Of a DNA stretch of 64,000 nucleotides, positions 10,744 to 20,138 are shown one piece after another. The DNA is from Dehalococcoidia bacterium (GTDB lineage Bacteria > Chloroflexota > Dehalococcoidia > UBA2979). The notes beneath the pieces were generated by a model. It was not told the DNA's origin. It was given only the letters and a program-made list of their open reading frames with translations, and did not search any database. A program made the translations under genes and the position numbers. Location: contig CAXXDN010000002.1 of NCBI GenBank assembly GCA_963667465.2, forward strand, positions 672,001 through 736,000, in the 5' to 3' direction. Positions within the stretch are counted from its first letter, which is position 1; every line of letters begins with the position of its first letter.

Positions 10744-11859
10744 ATGGTGATGATGCAGATCCGAGCGGCGATCTTCCGGAGGCCACACGAGCCGCTGACC
10801 ATCGAGGACGTCGAGATCGACGGCCCGATCGGCAAGGAGCTGCTCGTCCGCACCGCCGCCTCCGGCGTCTGCCACAGCGACAAGCACAACATCGATGACC
10901 TCGTCGGCGACCGCTGGCGCGGTGTGGACAGCGCCATCCTCGGCCACGAGGGCTCCGGCGTCGTCGAGGCGGTCGGTCCCGACGTGACCTACGTGGAGCC
11001 GGGCGACCACGTGGTCGCCTGCCTGTCCGGGTTCTGCGGCAACTGCGAGCAGTGCCTGCGAGGCCGCCCGCACCTCTGCACCGGCAGGGGCGTGGTGATG
11101 CGCGGCGCAACAGACCCGCCGCGCTACTCGATGGCCGGCGAGCCCGTGCGGCAGGGCTACGATATCGCGAGCTACGCCGAGGCGATGCTGCTGCATGAGA
11201 ACTCGGTCGTGAAGATCGACAAGCGCTACCCGCTGGAGCTCGCCTCGATCGTTGGCTGCGCTGTCACCACGGGCTTCGGCGCCGCGATCCGCACGTCCGG
11301 TCTCCAGCCGGGCGAGACGGCGGCGATCTACGGCTGCGGCGGTGTCGGACTCTCGGTCATCCAGGGCGCCCGCGTGGCCGGGGCGCGGCGGATCATCGCC
11401 GTCGACAGGTTCGACGCGAAACTCGACCTCGCCCGCGAGCTGGGCGCTACCGACGCGATCAATGCCACCGAGGCGGATCCCGTCGCCGCGATCCGCGAGC
11501 TGACGGGCGGCCGAGGCGTAGACCACGCCTTCGAGGCTGTCGGACTACCCATGCTTGTCACCCAGGCGGTGCAAAGCCTCGCGATCCGCGGCACGGCGAC
11601 GGTCGTTGGTGTACTCCCCGCCGGCGCGAGCATCGAGTTTCCGTGGGAGGCGCTGCGGCCCGAGTGCCGGATCCAGACCTCGAGGATGGGCTCGAACGCC
11701 TTCCGTTACGACATCCCGCACTACCTGGAGCTGTACGAACAGGGCCGCCTTCGCCTCGACGAGATGATCAGCCACCATATCGCGCTCGACGACCTCAACG
11801 ACGCCTTCCGCAGGATGGACGAGGGCGAGGGCGCGCGCAGTCTGGTGGTGTTCGACTAA
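10744..11859 (+). CDS. Zn-dependent alcohol dehydrogenase (MDR), copy 1
   Basis: GVCHSD, GHEG, CGNCEQC..C, GCAVTTG, GCGGVG; start could be 10744, 10750 or 10753. Confidence 0.93.
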   Translation: MVMMQIRAAIFRRPHEPLTIEDVEIDGPIGKELLVRTAASGVCHSDKHNIDDLVGDRWRGVDSAILGHEGSGVVEAVGPDVTYVEPGDHVVACLSGFCGNCEQCLRGRPHLCTGRGVVMRGATDPPRYSMAGEPVRQGYDIASYAEAMLLHENSVVKIDKRYPLELASIVGCAVTTGFGAAIRTSGLQPGETAAIYGCGGVGLSVIQGARVAGARRIIAVDRFDAKLDLARELGATDAINATEADPVAAIRELTGGRGVDHAFEAVGLPMLVTQAVQSLAIRGTATVVGVLPAGASIEFPWEALRPECRIQTSRMGSNAFRYDIPHYLELYEQGRLRLDEMISHHIALDDLNDAFRRMDEGEGARSLVVFD

Positions 11860-11893
11860 ACCCGAGCGGAGGCTGCCGACCGGCGGAAGAGAG

Positions 11894-13012
11894 GTGGCGA
11901 CGATGCAGATGCGCGCGGCGATCTTCCGGAGACCGCATGAGCCGATGACCGTCGAGGAGGTCGAGATCGCCGATCCGATCGGCAAGGAGGTGCTCGTCCG
12001 CACCGCCGCCTCGGGGGTCTGCCACAGCGACAAGCACTCTCTCGACGGTCTCGTCGGTGGGCGCTGGCAAGGCTTCGACAAGGTCGTCCTCGGGCACGAG
12101 GGCGCCGGTGTGGTCGAGGCCGTCGGCCCCGATGTGACCTACGTGGAGCCGGGCGACCACATCGTCGCCTGCCTTTCCGGGTTCTGCGGTAGCTGCGAGC
12201 AGTGCCTGCGCGGGCGCCCGAACCTCTGCACCAGCAAGGAGGACACGGTGATGCGCGGCGCCGGGGACGCGCCGCGGCTCTCGATTGACGGCGTGCCGGT
12301 GCGCCAGGGCTCCGAGATCGCCAGCCACTCCGAGGTGATGCTGCTGCACGAGAACTCGGTGGTGAAGATCGACAAGCGCTACCCGCTGCAGACGGCCGCG
12401 ATCGTGGGCTGCGCCGTCACGACCGGCTTCGGCGCGGCGATCCGCACGTCGGGCCTCAAGCCCGGCGAGACGGCGGCGATCTATGGCTGCGGCGGCGTCG
12501 GCCTCTCGATCCTCCAGGGCGCGCGGGTCGCCGGGGCGCGGCAGATCATCGCCGTCGACAAGTTCGACGCGAAGCTCGACCTCGCGCGCGAGCTGGGCGC
12601 GACCGACACGGTCAACGCGACCGAGACGGACCCCGTTGCCGCGATCCGCGAGCTGACAGGCGGCCGCGGCGTGGACCACGCCTTCGAGGCCGTCGGACTG
12701 CCGATGCTGGTGGACCAGGCCGTGCGCAGCCTCGCGATCCGCGGGACGGCGACGCTCGTCGGGGTGCTGCCGGCCGGCGCGAAGATCGAGTTTCCGTGGG
12801 AGGCGCTGCGGCCCGAGTGCCGGCTCCAGACCTCGAGGATGGGCTCGAACGCCTTCCGTTACGACATCCCGAACCACCTCGAGCTGTACGAGCAGGGCCG
12901 CCTCCGCCTCGACGAGCTGATCAGCCGCCGCATCCCGCTCGACGACATCAACGACGCCTTCCGCGCGATGGACGAGGGCGACGGCGCACGCAGCCTGCTG
13001 GTGTTCGACTGA
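11894..13012 (+). CDS. Zn-dependent alcohol dehydrogenase (MDR), copy 2 (tandem paralog)
   Basis: Same motifs; closely similar to copy 1 along its whole length. Confidence 0.93.
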   Translation: MATMQMRAAIFRRPHEPMTVEEVEIADPIGKEVLVRTAASGVCHSDKHSLDGLVGGRWQGFDKVVLGHEGAGVVEAVGPDVTYVEPGDHIVACLSGFCGSCEQCLRGRPNLCTSKEDTVMRGAGDAPRLSIDGVPVRQGSEIASHSEVMLLHENSVVKIDKRYPLQTAAIVGCAVTTGFGAAIRTSGLKPGETAAIYGCGGVGLSILQGARVAGARQIIAVDKFDAKLDLARELGATDTVNATETDPVAAIRELTGGRGVDHAFEAVGLPMLVDQAVRSLAIRGTATLVGVLPAGAKIEFPWEALRPECRLQTSRMGSNAFRYDIPNHLELYEQGRLRLDELISRRIPLDDINDAFRAMDEGDGARSLLVFD

Positions 13013-13157
13013 GGGCGGTCGTGCGGGGCCAGGCCACAGCTGCCGGGAGGGTGTCGGGCTCGGCTCGGATCCCTTCAGGGTGCTCGTGACGTCAGGGCTA
13101 CGTCGTAACCTTTACCAACGAGAGACGGCACGCGAGGTTGTGAGCGGCCGGTGCCGC

Positions 13158-13370
13158 TCAGGCCCACTCAGCGTCGTCAAGGCAGGGGATCTTGCGACTG
13201 GACTCCCGGCGATCCGGTATTTCGAGGTCGGTTCCCTGCGGCATGTTCTCGACCAGCCACTGGCCGAGCGGCATACGAGGCTCCTCGGCATTCGGAGCGC
13301 TCGTGGCGTCGGGCGGATCAGGCGCATCGGGTTGCGCCATGGACTCATCCCGCGCTCGGCGGTCCGTCAT
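13158..13370 (-). CDS. Small protein, possible truncated antitoxin remnant
   Basis: ATG overlaps the PHP stop (ATGA); PLGQWLVENMP..TDLEIPDR recalls antitoxin C-termini (from memory, unverified); alternative start 13340. Confidence 0.4.
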   Translation of the reverse strand: MTDRRARDESMAQPDAPDPPDATSAPNAEEPRMPLGQWLVENMPQGTDLEIPDRRESSRKIPCLDDAEWA

Positions 13371-14140
13371 GCGCCCGGCTCCCGCGTCTCCTCGATCGTG
13401 ACCGGGTAGTAGTCACCTGCGGCGAGTTCCGCGACGAGCGCCTCGATGCTGGCGACGGGTCGGGCGAAGGCGGTCAGGCAGCGGCCGATCGCGCTCACGT
13501 AGTGCGCGTCGCTGCCGCCCACGCTGCCGAGGCCGTGTTCCTGCGCCAACTCCAGCGCGATCGTGTTCTCGGCGTCCGAGCTGCCGCCGTTGAGCGTCTC
13601 CACTGCCTCGACGCCCTCGAGGCTGTAGCCCCCCGCGACGTGTTCGGCAAGGCCGATGCTCGCCCGCCCGGCGTGCGCGCCGACGGCGAAGCCGCCCGTC
13701 TCGCGGGCGATGCGAAAGATCTCGGCGGAGGGGAGGAACACCGAGGACAGGTCGAAGCGCCGCGCGAACTCCTCGCTGATGCCGTAGACAAGCACGTGGC
13801 CGACCTCGGTCTCCAGCTCGGCCCCGCGCAGCACGACCGTCTCGTACTGCTCGGCGAGCGCCTCGTAGGACACGCTGGGGTCGAACTGGCGATGCTCGGT
13901 CAGCACGAACCCGTCGACGAGGTAGCCGCGCTTGCGGCGCGCCGCGATCCACTTGAGGTAGCCCTCGACGGTGCCGCCGGCGTCGTCCGAGGCGTCGGTC
14001 GAGTGCGAGTGCAGATCGAGGTAGAAGCGCCGCCCGGCGCTCTCGCCGTTGCTGATCGTCCGGTCCTCCCGCTGCCCGCTGCGCGAGGGCTCGCGCTCAG
14101 GGCCCGCCCCATCCTCGGACAGCCGGGCGTCAGAGGCCAA
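13367..14140 (-). CDS. PHP-family metallo-phosphoesterase
   Basis: DLHSHS, LTEH, GHVL, GAHAGR, GGSDAH; TTG start overlaps the cobQ end. Confidence 0.85.
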   Translation of the reverse strand: MASDARLSEDGAGPEREPSRSGQREDRTISNGESAGRRFYLDLHSHSTDASDDAGGTVEGYLKWIAARRKRGYLVDGFVLTEHRQFDPSVSYEALAEQYETVVLRGAELETEVGHVLVYGISEEFARRFDLSSVFLPSAEIFRIARETGGFAVGAHAGRASIGLAEHVAGGYSLEGVEAVETLNGGSSDAENTIALELAQEHGLGSVGGSDAHYVSAIGRCLTAFARPVASIEALVAELAAGDYYPVTIEETREPGA

Positions 14141-15650
14141 CCAGCGCGCTCACCCGCCGCATGTCGAGGTGCTCACGCACGATGGTGGCGAGGCGGTCGA
14201 AGGCCCGCTCGCGCCGCTCGTCCTCGGACACCTCCGCTGCGGCGCCGGTCCGGCCGAGGGCGCGCAGCAGCGCGGCGCGCAGCTCGTCGTTTTGCAGCAG
14301 TCCGTGGAGGTAGGTGCCCGCGACGCAGCCGTCGGCACTGATTGCGCCGTCCGGGTGGCCGCCCAGGCGCAGCAGCGGCCGCACGGCGCCCTCGCGCGCC
14401 GCGGCGCTCTCGCCCATGTGGATCTCGTAGCCCTCGACCGGCAGGCCGGACGCCTCCACCCACGGCCCCTCGGAGGCGGCGACCTCGCCCGAGGCGCGTC
14501 GCGTGGTCTTGGCGGCGGAGAACCGCGTTTCGATGGGCAGCAGGCCGAGTCCGGGCAGTGCCGTGCCCGGTGCGGCCTCGACGCCGTCCTCGTCGATCAG
14601 GCGCTCGCCGAGCAGCTGCATGCCGCCGCAGATGCCGAGGACCGCGCCGCCGCGGGCCGCGTGCTCCTCGATCACGCGGTCGAGGCCGCGCTCTCGCAGC
14701 CAGGCGAGGTCCGCGGCCGTCGCCTTCGTGCCGGGCAGCACCGCGAGATTGGGCCGTGCGAACTCCTCGGCGCTCCGTACGTAGCGCACGCGCACCCCCG
14801 GCTCGCACGCGAGCGGATCGAAGTCGTCGAAGTTCGCGATCCGCGGCAGCTGCACGACGGCGATGTCGATCTCGTCGCCTTCGATGCTGAACGGCGTCCC
14901 ACCGGGGCGCTCGAGGGCCACCGCGTCCTCCTCGGCCACGCCGACATCGTCGATCCACGGGATCACGCCGAGCATGGGCACGCCGGTGCGCTCCTCGAGT
15001 TCCTCGATGGCCGGGCCGAGCAGCGAGGGGTCGCCGCGGAAGCGGTTGATGACGAAGCCACGCACGAGCGCGCGGTCCTCCGGCGGCAGCAGCTCGAGCG
15101 TGCCGAGCAGGTGGGCGAAGACGCCACCGCGATCGATGTCTCCGACGACGAGCGCTGGCCCCCGCGCGTGGCGGGCGACGCGCATGTTCGCGAGGTCGCC
15201 CGCGCGCAGGTTCGGTTCGGCGGGGCTGCCCGCGCCCTCGGCGATCACGAGGTCGAAGCGCTCTCGCAGCGCGTCGAGGGCGCGCGCGGCGTCCGGCCAG
15301 AGATCGCGCTTGCGGGACGGGAAGTCGGCACTGTGCAGGCGGCCCGCGGGACGCCCTCGCAGCACGAGTTGCGAGGTGCGATCGCCCTGCGGCTTGAGCA
15401 GCACGGGATTCATCTCGACGCTGGCATCGAGGCCGGCGGCTCGTGCCTGCTCGGCCTGGGCGCGGCCAATCTCGAGGCCGTCGGCGGTGACGGCCGCGTT
15501 ATTCGACATGTTCTGCGCCTTGAATGGTGCGACCCGCACGCCGTCCTGCCGAAAGATGCGGCAGAGCGCCGTCACCAACACCGACTTGCCGACCGACGAG
15601 GCCGTCCCGGCGACCAGCAGCACTGGCGCGAGCCGCGCCTCGGGTGTCAC
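14130..15650 (-). CDS. cobQ: Cobyric acid synthase
   Basis: GTASSVGKS, PFKAQNMSNN, EGAGSPAE, DIDRGG, GICGG, GYEIH, GTYLHG; GTG start overlaps the upstream stop. Confidence 0.96.
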   Translation of the reverse strand: MTPEARLAPVLLVAGTASSVGKSVLVTALCRIFRQDGVRVAPFKAQNMSNNAAVTADGLEIGRAQAEQARAAGLDASVEMNPVLLKPQGDRTSQLVLRGRPAGRLHSADFPSRKRDLWPDAARALDALRERFDLVIAEGAGSPAEPNLRAGDLANMRVARHARGPALVVGDIDRGGVFAHLLGTLELLPPEDRALVRGFVINRFRGDPSLLGPAIEELEERTGVPMLGVIPWIDDVGVAEEDAVALERPGGTPFSIEGDEIDIAVVQLPRIANFDDFDPLACEPGVRVRYVRSAEEFARPNLAVLPGTKATAADLAWLRERGLDRVIEEHAARGGAVLGICGGMQLLGERLIDEDGVEAAPGTALPGLGLLPIETRFSAAKTTRRASGEVAASEGPWVEASGLPVEGYEIHMGESAAAREGAVRPLLRLGGHPDGAISADGCVAGTYLHGLLQNDELRAALLRALGRTGAAAEVSEDERRERAFDRLATIVREHLDMRRVSALVGL

Positions 15651-16684
15651 GTCCGCTGCTCCAGCTCGGCCTCGAGCGCTGCGAGGAGTCGTGGAAGGTC
15701 GCGCGAGGCCGGTGTCGCGATGCGCACCCACGCGGGCAGGCCGAACGAGGCGCACTCGCGGACGGCGAAGCCGCGCCGCAGCAGGCGGGTACGCAGCCCG
15801 GCAGCGTCGCCCACGCAGGCGAGCACGAAGTTCGCGCGCGAGGGCGCGGTCTCGACGCTGTGCGCCGCGAAGAAGCCGCGCAGCGCCTCGCGCGTCCCGG
15901 TGAACTCGCCTGCGATCGCCCGCCGCGAGGCGTCGAGCGGCAGAGCGGCGTGCGCCGCGGCGAGCGCGGGGGCGCCGGCCACCCAGGGCTGCTGGAGCGC
16001 TGCGAGACGGTCGATCAGTCCGGCTGGGCCAGTGACATAACCGACACGCAGGCCGGGTATCGAGTGCAGCTTGGTGAACGAGTGCACGACGAGTACGGGG
16101 AATCCCTGGCGCACAAGCTCGTTGGCGTCCCAGCCGTCCTCGACGAACGGCTCGTAGACCGCGTCGAGCAGCAGGACGCCGCCGGTCTCCGCGGCGATCC
16201 GCCTCACCACGCCGGCCTCGAGGTAGGCGCCGTGAGGGTTGCCGGGATTACCGACCATCGTGAGCGGGGAAGGTGGCGGATCGGAGGGCGGGACGAACTC
16301 GGGCGGGGCGGCGGCGTGGCGCACGACGCGCGCTCCGGCGACTCGCGCGGCTGCCTCGTACTCGCTGAACGCGGGCGTGAAGACCGTGCAGGCGTCGCCC
16401 GGGCGCAGCAACGCGCGGGCGGCGAGGTAGATCGCGCCCGTCGCCCCCGCTGTGACCAGCACCTGCTCCGGCTCGAGGCTGATCGAGTCAGCGATGGCAT
16501 CGCAGAGCGAGGCGGCGTCGGGCTCGGGGTAGCGGTCGAGCGCGGCGCCGCGCACCGCCTCGACGACGAGCGGGTGGGGTCCGTCCGAGTGGAGGTTTGC
16601 GGAAAGGTCGATCAGGGCCTCGGTGCCTGTGCCCGCTGCCGCGAGGTCGGCGTCGCTCAACCCTCCGTGGACGATTCCGCTCAC
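15647..16684 (-). CDS. cobD: L-threonine-O-3-phosphate decarboxylase (CobD-like, PLP fold I)
   Basis: HGG, DLSAN, YPEP, NPGNPHG, SFTK.HSIPGLRVGY; sits between cbiB and cobQ. Confidence 0.8.
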   Translation of the reverse strand: MSGIVHGGLSDADLAAAGTGTEALIDLSANLHSDGPHPLVVEAVRGAALDRYPEPDAASLCDAIADSISLEPEQVLVTAGATGAIYLAARALLRPGDACTVFTPAFSEYEAAARVAGARVVRHAAAPPEFVPPSDPPPSPLTMVGNPGNPHGAYLEAGVVRRIAAETGGVLLLDAVYEPFVEDGWDANELVRQGFPVLVVHSFTKLHSIPGLRVGYVTGPAGLIDRLAALQQPWVAGAPALAAAHAALPLDASRRAIAGEFTGTREALRGFFAAHSVETAPSRANFVLACVGDAAGLRTRLLRRGFAVRECASFGLPAWVRIATPASRDLPRLLAALEAELEQRT

Positions 16685-17610
16685 CGGTCCGCTCCCGCCG
16701 TCGCGAGCGCGACGATCAGCGCCCCCGCTGCCAGCAGCGCCGCATCCGAGGCGAGCCGCCGCGCGCGGCGCACATCCTCGCACGATGGCGTGTGCAGGTC
16801 CTCGCCGAGGAGGTAGCCGCCGCGCTTGCCCAGCCGCACGCCGAGCGCGCCGGCCATCGCCGCCATCGGGTGGCCGGCGTTCGGACTCTCCGTACGGCCG
16901 GCGTCGAGGCGCCACTGGCGCAGGGCGCTTGCGCCTGCTCCGTGCCGCCGGGCGGCGGCGCAGATCGCGAGCGCGGTCAACCGAGCGGGAACGAGATTGA
17001 GCAGGTCGTCCGCGCGCGCCGCCGCCTCACCGAGGTCGCGATAGCGCTCGTCGCGGTAGCCCCACAGCGCGTCGAGCGTGTTCGCCGCCCGGTAGGCCCA
17101 GGCCGCGGGCAGCCCGCCGAGGGCGTACCACAGCCACGGGGCGATGACGCTGTCGCTGAGGTTTTCGGCCAGTGACTCGATTGCCGCGGCGGCGAGCTCC
17201 CCCGGGCCGAGGCTGCTCACATCGCGGCTCACGAGGTGCCTCGCAAGCAGCGTCCGCGCCTCCTCGACATCGCCGACGCGAAGCGCATCCTCGACCTCGC
17301 GCACGCGCTCGAGGAGCGTGCGCAGCGCGAAGCCGAGCGAGAGCAGGCCCGCGTCCGCGGCAGCGCGCGCGGGGCCACGGCGCAGGCCGAGCAGGCGGGG
17401 AAGAAGCGAGGCGCCGAGGCCGGCCGTCAGTGGTAGCGCCAGCGCAGCGCTGAGCCCGTAGGCGCGGCGCGCGTCCACGCTGCGTGGTGCGAGCGCCTCG
17501 AGGCCTCGCGCGAGCGCGCCCAGCGCGCCGACGGGATGCAGGCGTGTCGGCGGATCGCCCGTCGCGCGGTCGATCGCGATCGCCAGTGCGAGAGTGAGCG
17601 CCCGGTTCAT
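16681..17610 (-). CDS. cbiB: Adenosylcobinamide-phosphate synthase
   Basis: GDPP..LHPV, VSRD, ESLAENLSD, YRAANTLDA, SPNAGHPMAAMAGALGV. Confidence 0.95.
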   Translation of the reverse strand: MNRALTLALAIAIDRATGDPPTRLHPVGALGALARGLEALAPRSVDARRAYGLSAALALPLTAGLGASLLPRLLGLRRGPARAAADAGLLSLGFALRTLLERVREVEDALRVGDVEEARTLLARHLVSRDVSSLGPGELAAAAIESLAENLSDSVIAPWLWYALGGLPAAWAYRAANTLDALWGYRDERYRDLGEAAARADDLLNLVPARLTALAICAAARRHGAGASALRQWRLDAGRTESPNAGHPMAAMAGALGVRLGKRGGYLLGEDLHTPSCEDVRRARRLASDAALLAAGALIVALATAGADR

Positions 17611-17624
17611 CGCCGCGCTCAGCG

Positions 17625-18191
17625 TCAGAAATCGAGGCCGGGCTGGGCCTTGATGCCCTGCTGGAAGGGGTGTTTCACCTCGGTCATCTCCGTCACGAGG
17701 TCGGCGAACTCGACCAGCTCGGGCGCGGCGTCGCGGCCCGTGAGGATCACGTGCATGTCGGCGGGTCGGTCGCGGAGGGCCGTGATCACGTCCTGCACGT
17801 CCAGCCAGCCGTAGCTGATCGGGTAGGTGATCTCGTCGAGGACCACGAGGTCGTACTCGGCCGACTCGATCTTCTCGCGCGCCAGCGCCCAGCACTCGCG
17901 GGCGAGCGCGATGTCCTTCTCGATGTCCTTCGAAAGCCAGGTGAAGCCATCGCCGAGCGGGATCATCTCGATGCCCATGCGCCGTGCCGCGCGTGTCTCG
18001 CCGTAGTTGGCGGTCTTCGACTTGATGAACTGCAACCAGCAGATCCGCCAGCCGCGGCCCCAGGCGCGCAGCGTCACGCCGAGGGCGGAGCTGGTCTTGC
18101 CCTTGCCGTGTCCCGTGTGGAGCAGCACGAGCGGCTTGCGTTTCGGGAACAGGCCCTCGTGGCGGCCTCGTGGCTGTTCGATGTCCGGCAT
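17625..18191 (-). CDS. cobO: Cob(I)yrinic acid a,c-diamide adenosyltransferase (CobO/BtuR)
   Basis: TGHGKGKTS, QFIK, VLDEI, TGR, ADLVTEM..VKHPF. Confidence 0.95.
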   Translation of the reverse strand: MPDIEQPRGRHEGLFPKRKPLVLLHTGHGKGKTSSALGVTLRAWGRGWRICWLQFIKSKTANYGETRAARRMGIEMIPLGDGFTWLSKDIEKDIALARECWALAREKIESAEYDLVVLDEITYPISYGWLDVQDVITALRDRPADMHVILTGRDAAPELVEFADLVTEMTEVKHPFQQGIKAQPGLDF

Positions 18192-18192
18192 C

Positions 18193-19026
18193 TCAGCCTC
18201 CCAGCCGCGAGGGCAGCACCAACGGCACGCCCGTCTGCGGGTGCGCCATCACGGTGACCGAGTTCCCGTAGAGGCGGCCGACGAGCTCCGGGGTGATCAC
18301 GTCGGCGGGCGCGCCGGCGGCGGCGACGCGTCCCCGGTCGAGTAACGCGAGCCGGTCGCAGTAGGCGATCGCCAGCGTGAGGTCGTGGACGACCAGCAGC
18401 ACGCCGGTCCCACTCCTCGCGAGGTCGGCGACCAGTTCCAGCACCTCGTGCTGCGCGCCCGCGTCGAGGTTCGCCGTCGGCTCGTCGAGCAACAGCAGCG
18501 GGGCCTGCTGGGCGAGCGCGCGGGCGATGAAGGCGCGGCGGCGCTCGCCGCCGGAGAGCGTGCCGAGCTCGCGCCCGGCGAGCTCGCCGCAGCCCGCCTG
18601 GCGCAGCGCACTCTCGGCGATCGCAAGGTCTCGCGAGGACTCGCGCGCCAGCAGCCGCAGATGTGGATGGCGGCCGAGCAGCGCGAGCTGCCGCACGCGC
18701 AGGGTCGCGGGGGCCTCGGGCAGTTGCTGCACCACGGCGACGCGCCTGGCCAGTTCGCGGCGCGCGAGCCCATCGAGGCCGTCACCGCCGACGCGAATCT
18801 CGCCACCTCGCAACGGGACGAGGCCGGTGGCGGCGCGCAGCAGCGTGCTCTTGCCCGCGCCGTTCGGTCCGACGAGCCCGACGATCTCGCCGGCGCGCAC
18901 CTCGATCCCGACGCCATCGAGGATCGTGTTGCCGCCGAGTTCGACCTCGACGGCGTGGGCCTCGAGGAGCGGGGAGGCCGCCGGGGCGGCGCGGGTGGAC
19001 GCTGCGGCGGGAGCTGTGGCGGCCAT
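18193..19026 (-). CDS. btuD: Corrinoid ABC transporter ATPase (BtuD-like)
   Basis: GPNGAGKST, LSGGE, LLLDEPT, VHDL; operon context. Confidence 0.85.
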   Translation of the reverse strand: MAATAPAAASTRAAPAASPLLEAHAVEVELGGNTILDGVGIEVRAGEIVGLVGPNGAGKSTLLRAATGLVPLRGGEIRVGGDGLDGLARRELARRVAVVQQLPEAPATLRVRQLALLGRHPHLRLLARESSRDLAIAESALRQAGCGELAGRELGTLSGGERRRAFIARALAQQAPLLLLDEPTANLDAGAQHEVLELVADLARSGTGVLLVVHDLTLAIAYCDRLALLDRGRVAAAGAPADVITPELVGRLYGNSVTVMAHPQTGVPLVLPSRLGG

Positions 19027-20138
19027 CAGTTCACCTCGACGCGGCGGGTGCGCAGCAGCCAGAGGAAGAAGGGGCCGCCGATCAGCGCCGTCATCACGCC
19101 GACGGGCAGCTCCTGCGGTGCGAGCACGGTGCGGGCGAAGGTGTCGACCGCGATCAGGAACGAGGCGCCGAACAGCGCGCACAGCGGCAGCAGCCGCCGG
19201 TGATCGCCCCCGAAGACGAGCCGCACGGCGTGCGGGACGAGCAGCCCGACGAAGCCGATCACGCCGGCGATCGCCACCGCAGTCGCGGCCAGCAGCGAGG
19301 CCGCCCCCAGCACGATCAGCTTCGTGCGCGTCACGTCCACGCCGAGATGCGCGGCCTGCTCCTCGTCGAGTTGCAGCACGTTCAGTGTGCGGGCGTAGAC
19401 GGCGACGAAGACCGCGCCGACGGCCAGGTAGGGCGCCGCCCAGGCGATGCGCTCCCAGCTCGCCGTGTTGAAGCCGCCGAAGAGGAACGAGAAGATCGGC
19501 CGCGCCTCCTCGCCGCCCGTCAGCAGGATGAACGCCGTCGCCGCGCCGAAGACGGCGGAGAGCGCCACCCCTGCGAGGATCAGCGTGACGTTGTCGAGTC
19601 TCCCGCTGCCGGTCGCGAGCAGGTAGACGAGCAGCACCGTGACCAGCGCGCCCGCGAAGGCGAAGACCGGCACCCAGCCGAAGCCGTAGGCGTCGACCCG
19701 CAGCGGCGAGATGATCGCGATCGCCGCGCCCAGCGCCGCCCCCGAGGCGACCCCCAGGAGGAACGGTCCCGCCAGCGGGTTACGGAACACACCCTGGTAC
19801 GAGGCGCCTGAGTAGGCGAGCGCCGAGCCGACGAGGCCCGCCGCGATCACCCTCGGGAGCCGGATGTCCACGATGATTCGCTCCCACGTTGCCGGCGCGT
19901 GCGCGTCGACCTCGATCAGCGGGAGGGCGTCGAGCAGCACCCGCAGCACGGTCTGCGGCGGGATCGCCGCCGCGCCTTGCGTCAGCGCCAGCAGCGCGAC
20001 CGCCACCAGCAGCGCCAGTGCCGCCGAGGCCGGCCCGCACCCGCGGAGGAGCTCGACGCCCCGCGCGAGCGGCGCCGGTCCCGCAATCGGGTTCAGGGCG
20101 CCCTCGGCGGCGCGCGCGCCGACCCGCTCGCGGCTCAC
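19026..20138 (-). CDS. btuC: Corrinoid ABC transporter permease (FecCD/BtuC)
   Basis: IRLPRV, QGVFRNPLA, GVIGFVGLLVPH, ELPVGV..ALIGGPFF. Confidence 0.88.
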   Translation of the reverse strand: MSRERVGARAAEGALNPIAGPAPLARGVELLRGCGPASAALALLVAVALLALTQGAAAIPPQTVLRVLLDALPLIEVDAHAPATWERIIVDIRLPRVIAAGLVGSALAYSGASYQGVFRNPLAGPFLLGVASGAALGAAIAIISPLRVDAYGFGWVPVFAFAGALVTVLLVYLLATGSGRLDNVTLILAGVALSAVFGAATAFILLTGGEEARPIFSFLFGGFNTASWERIAWAAPYLAVGAVFVAVYARTLNVLQLDEEQAAHLGVDVTRTKLIVLGAASLLAATAVAIAGVIGFVGLLVPHAVRLVFGGDHRRLLPLCALFGASFLIAVDTFARTVLAPQELPVGVMTALIGGPFFLWLLRTRRVEVN

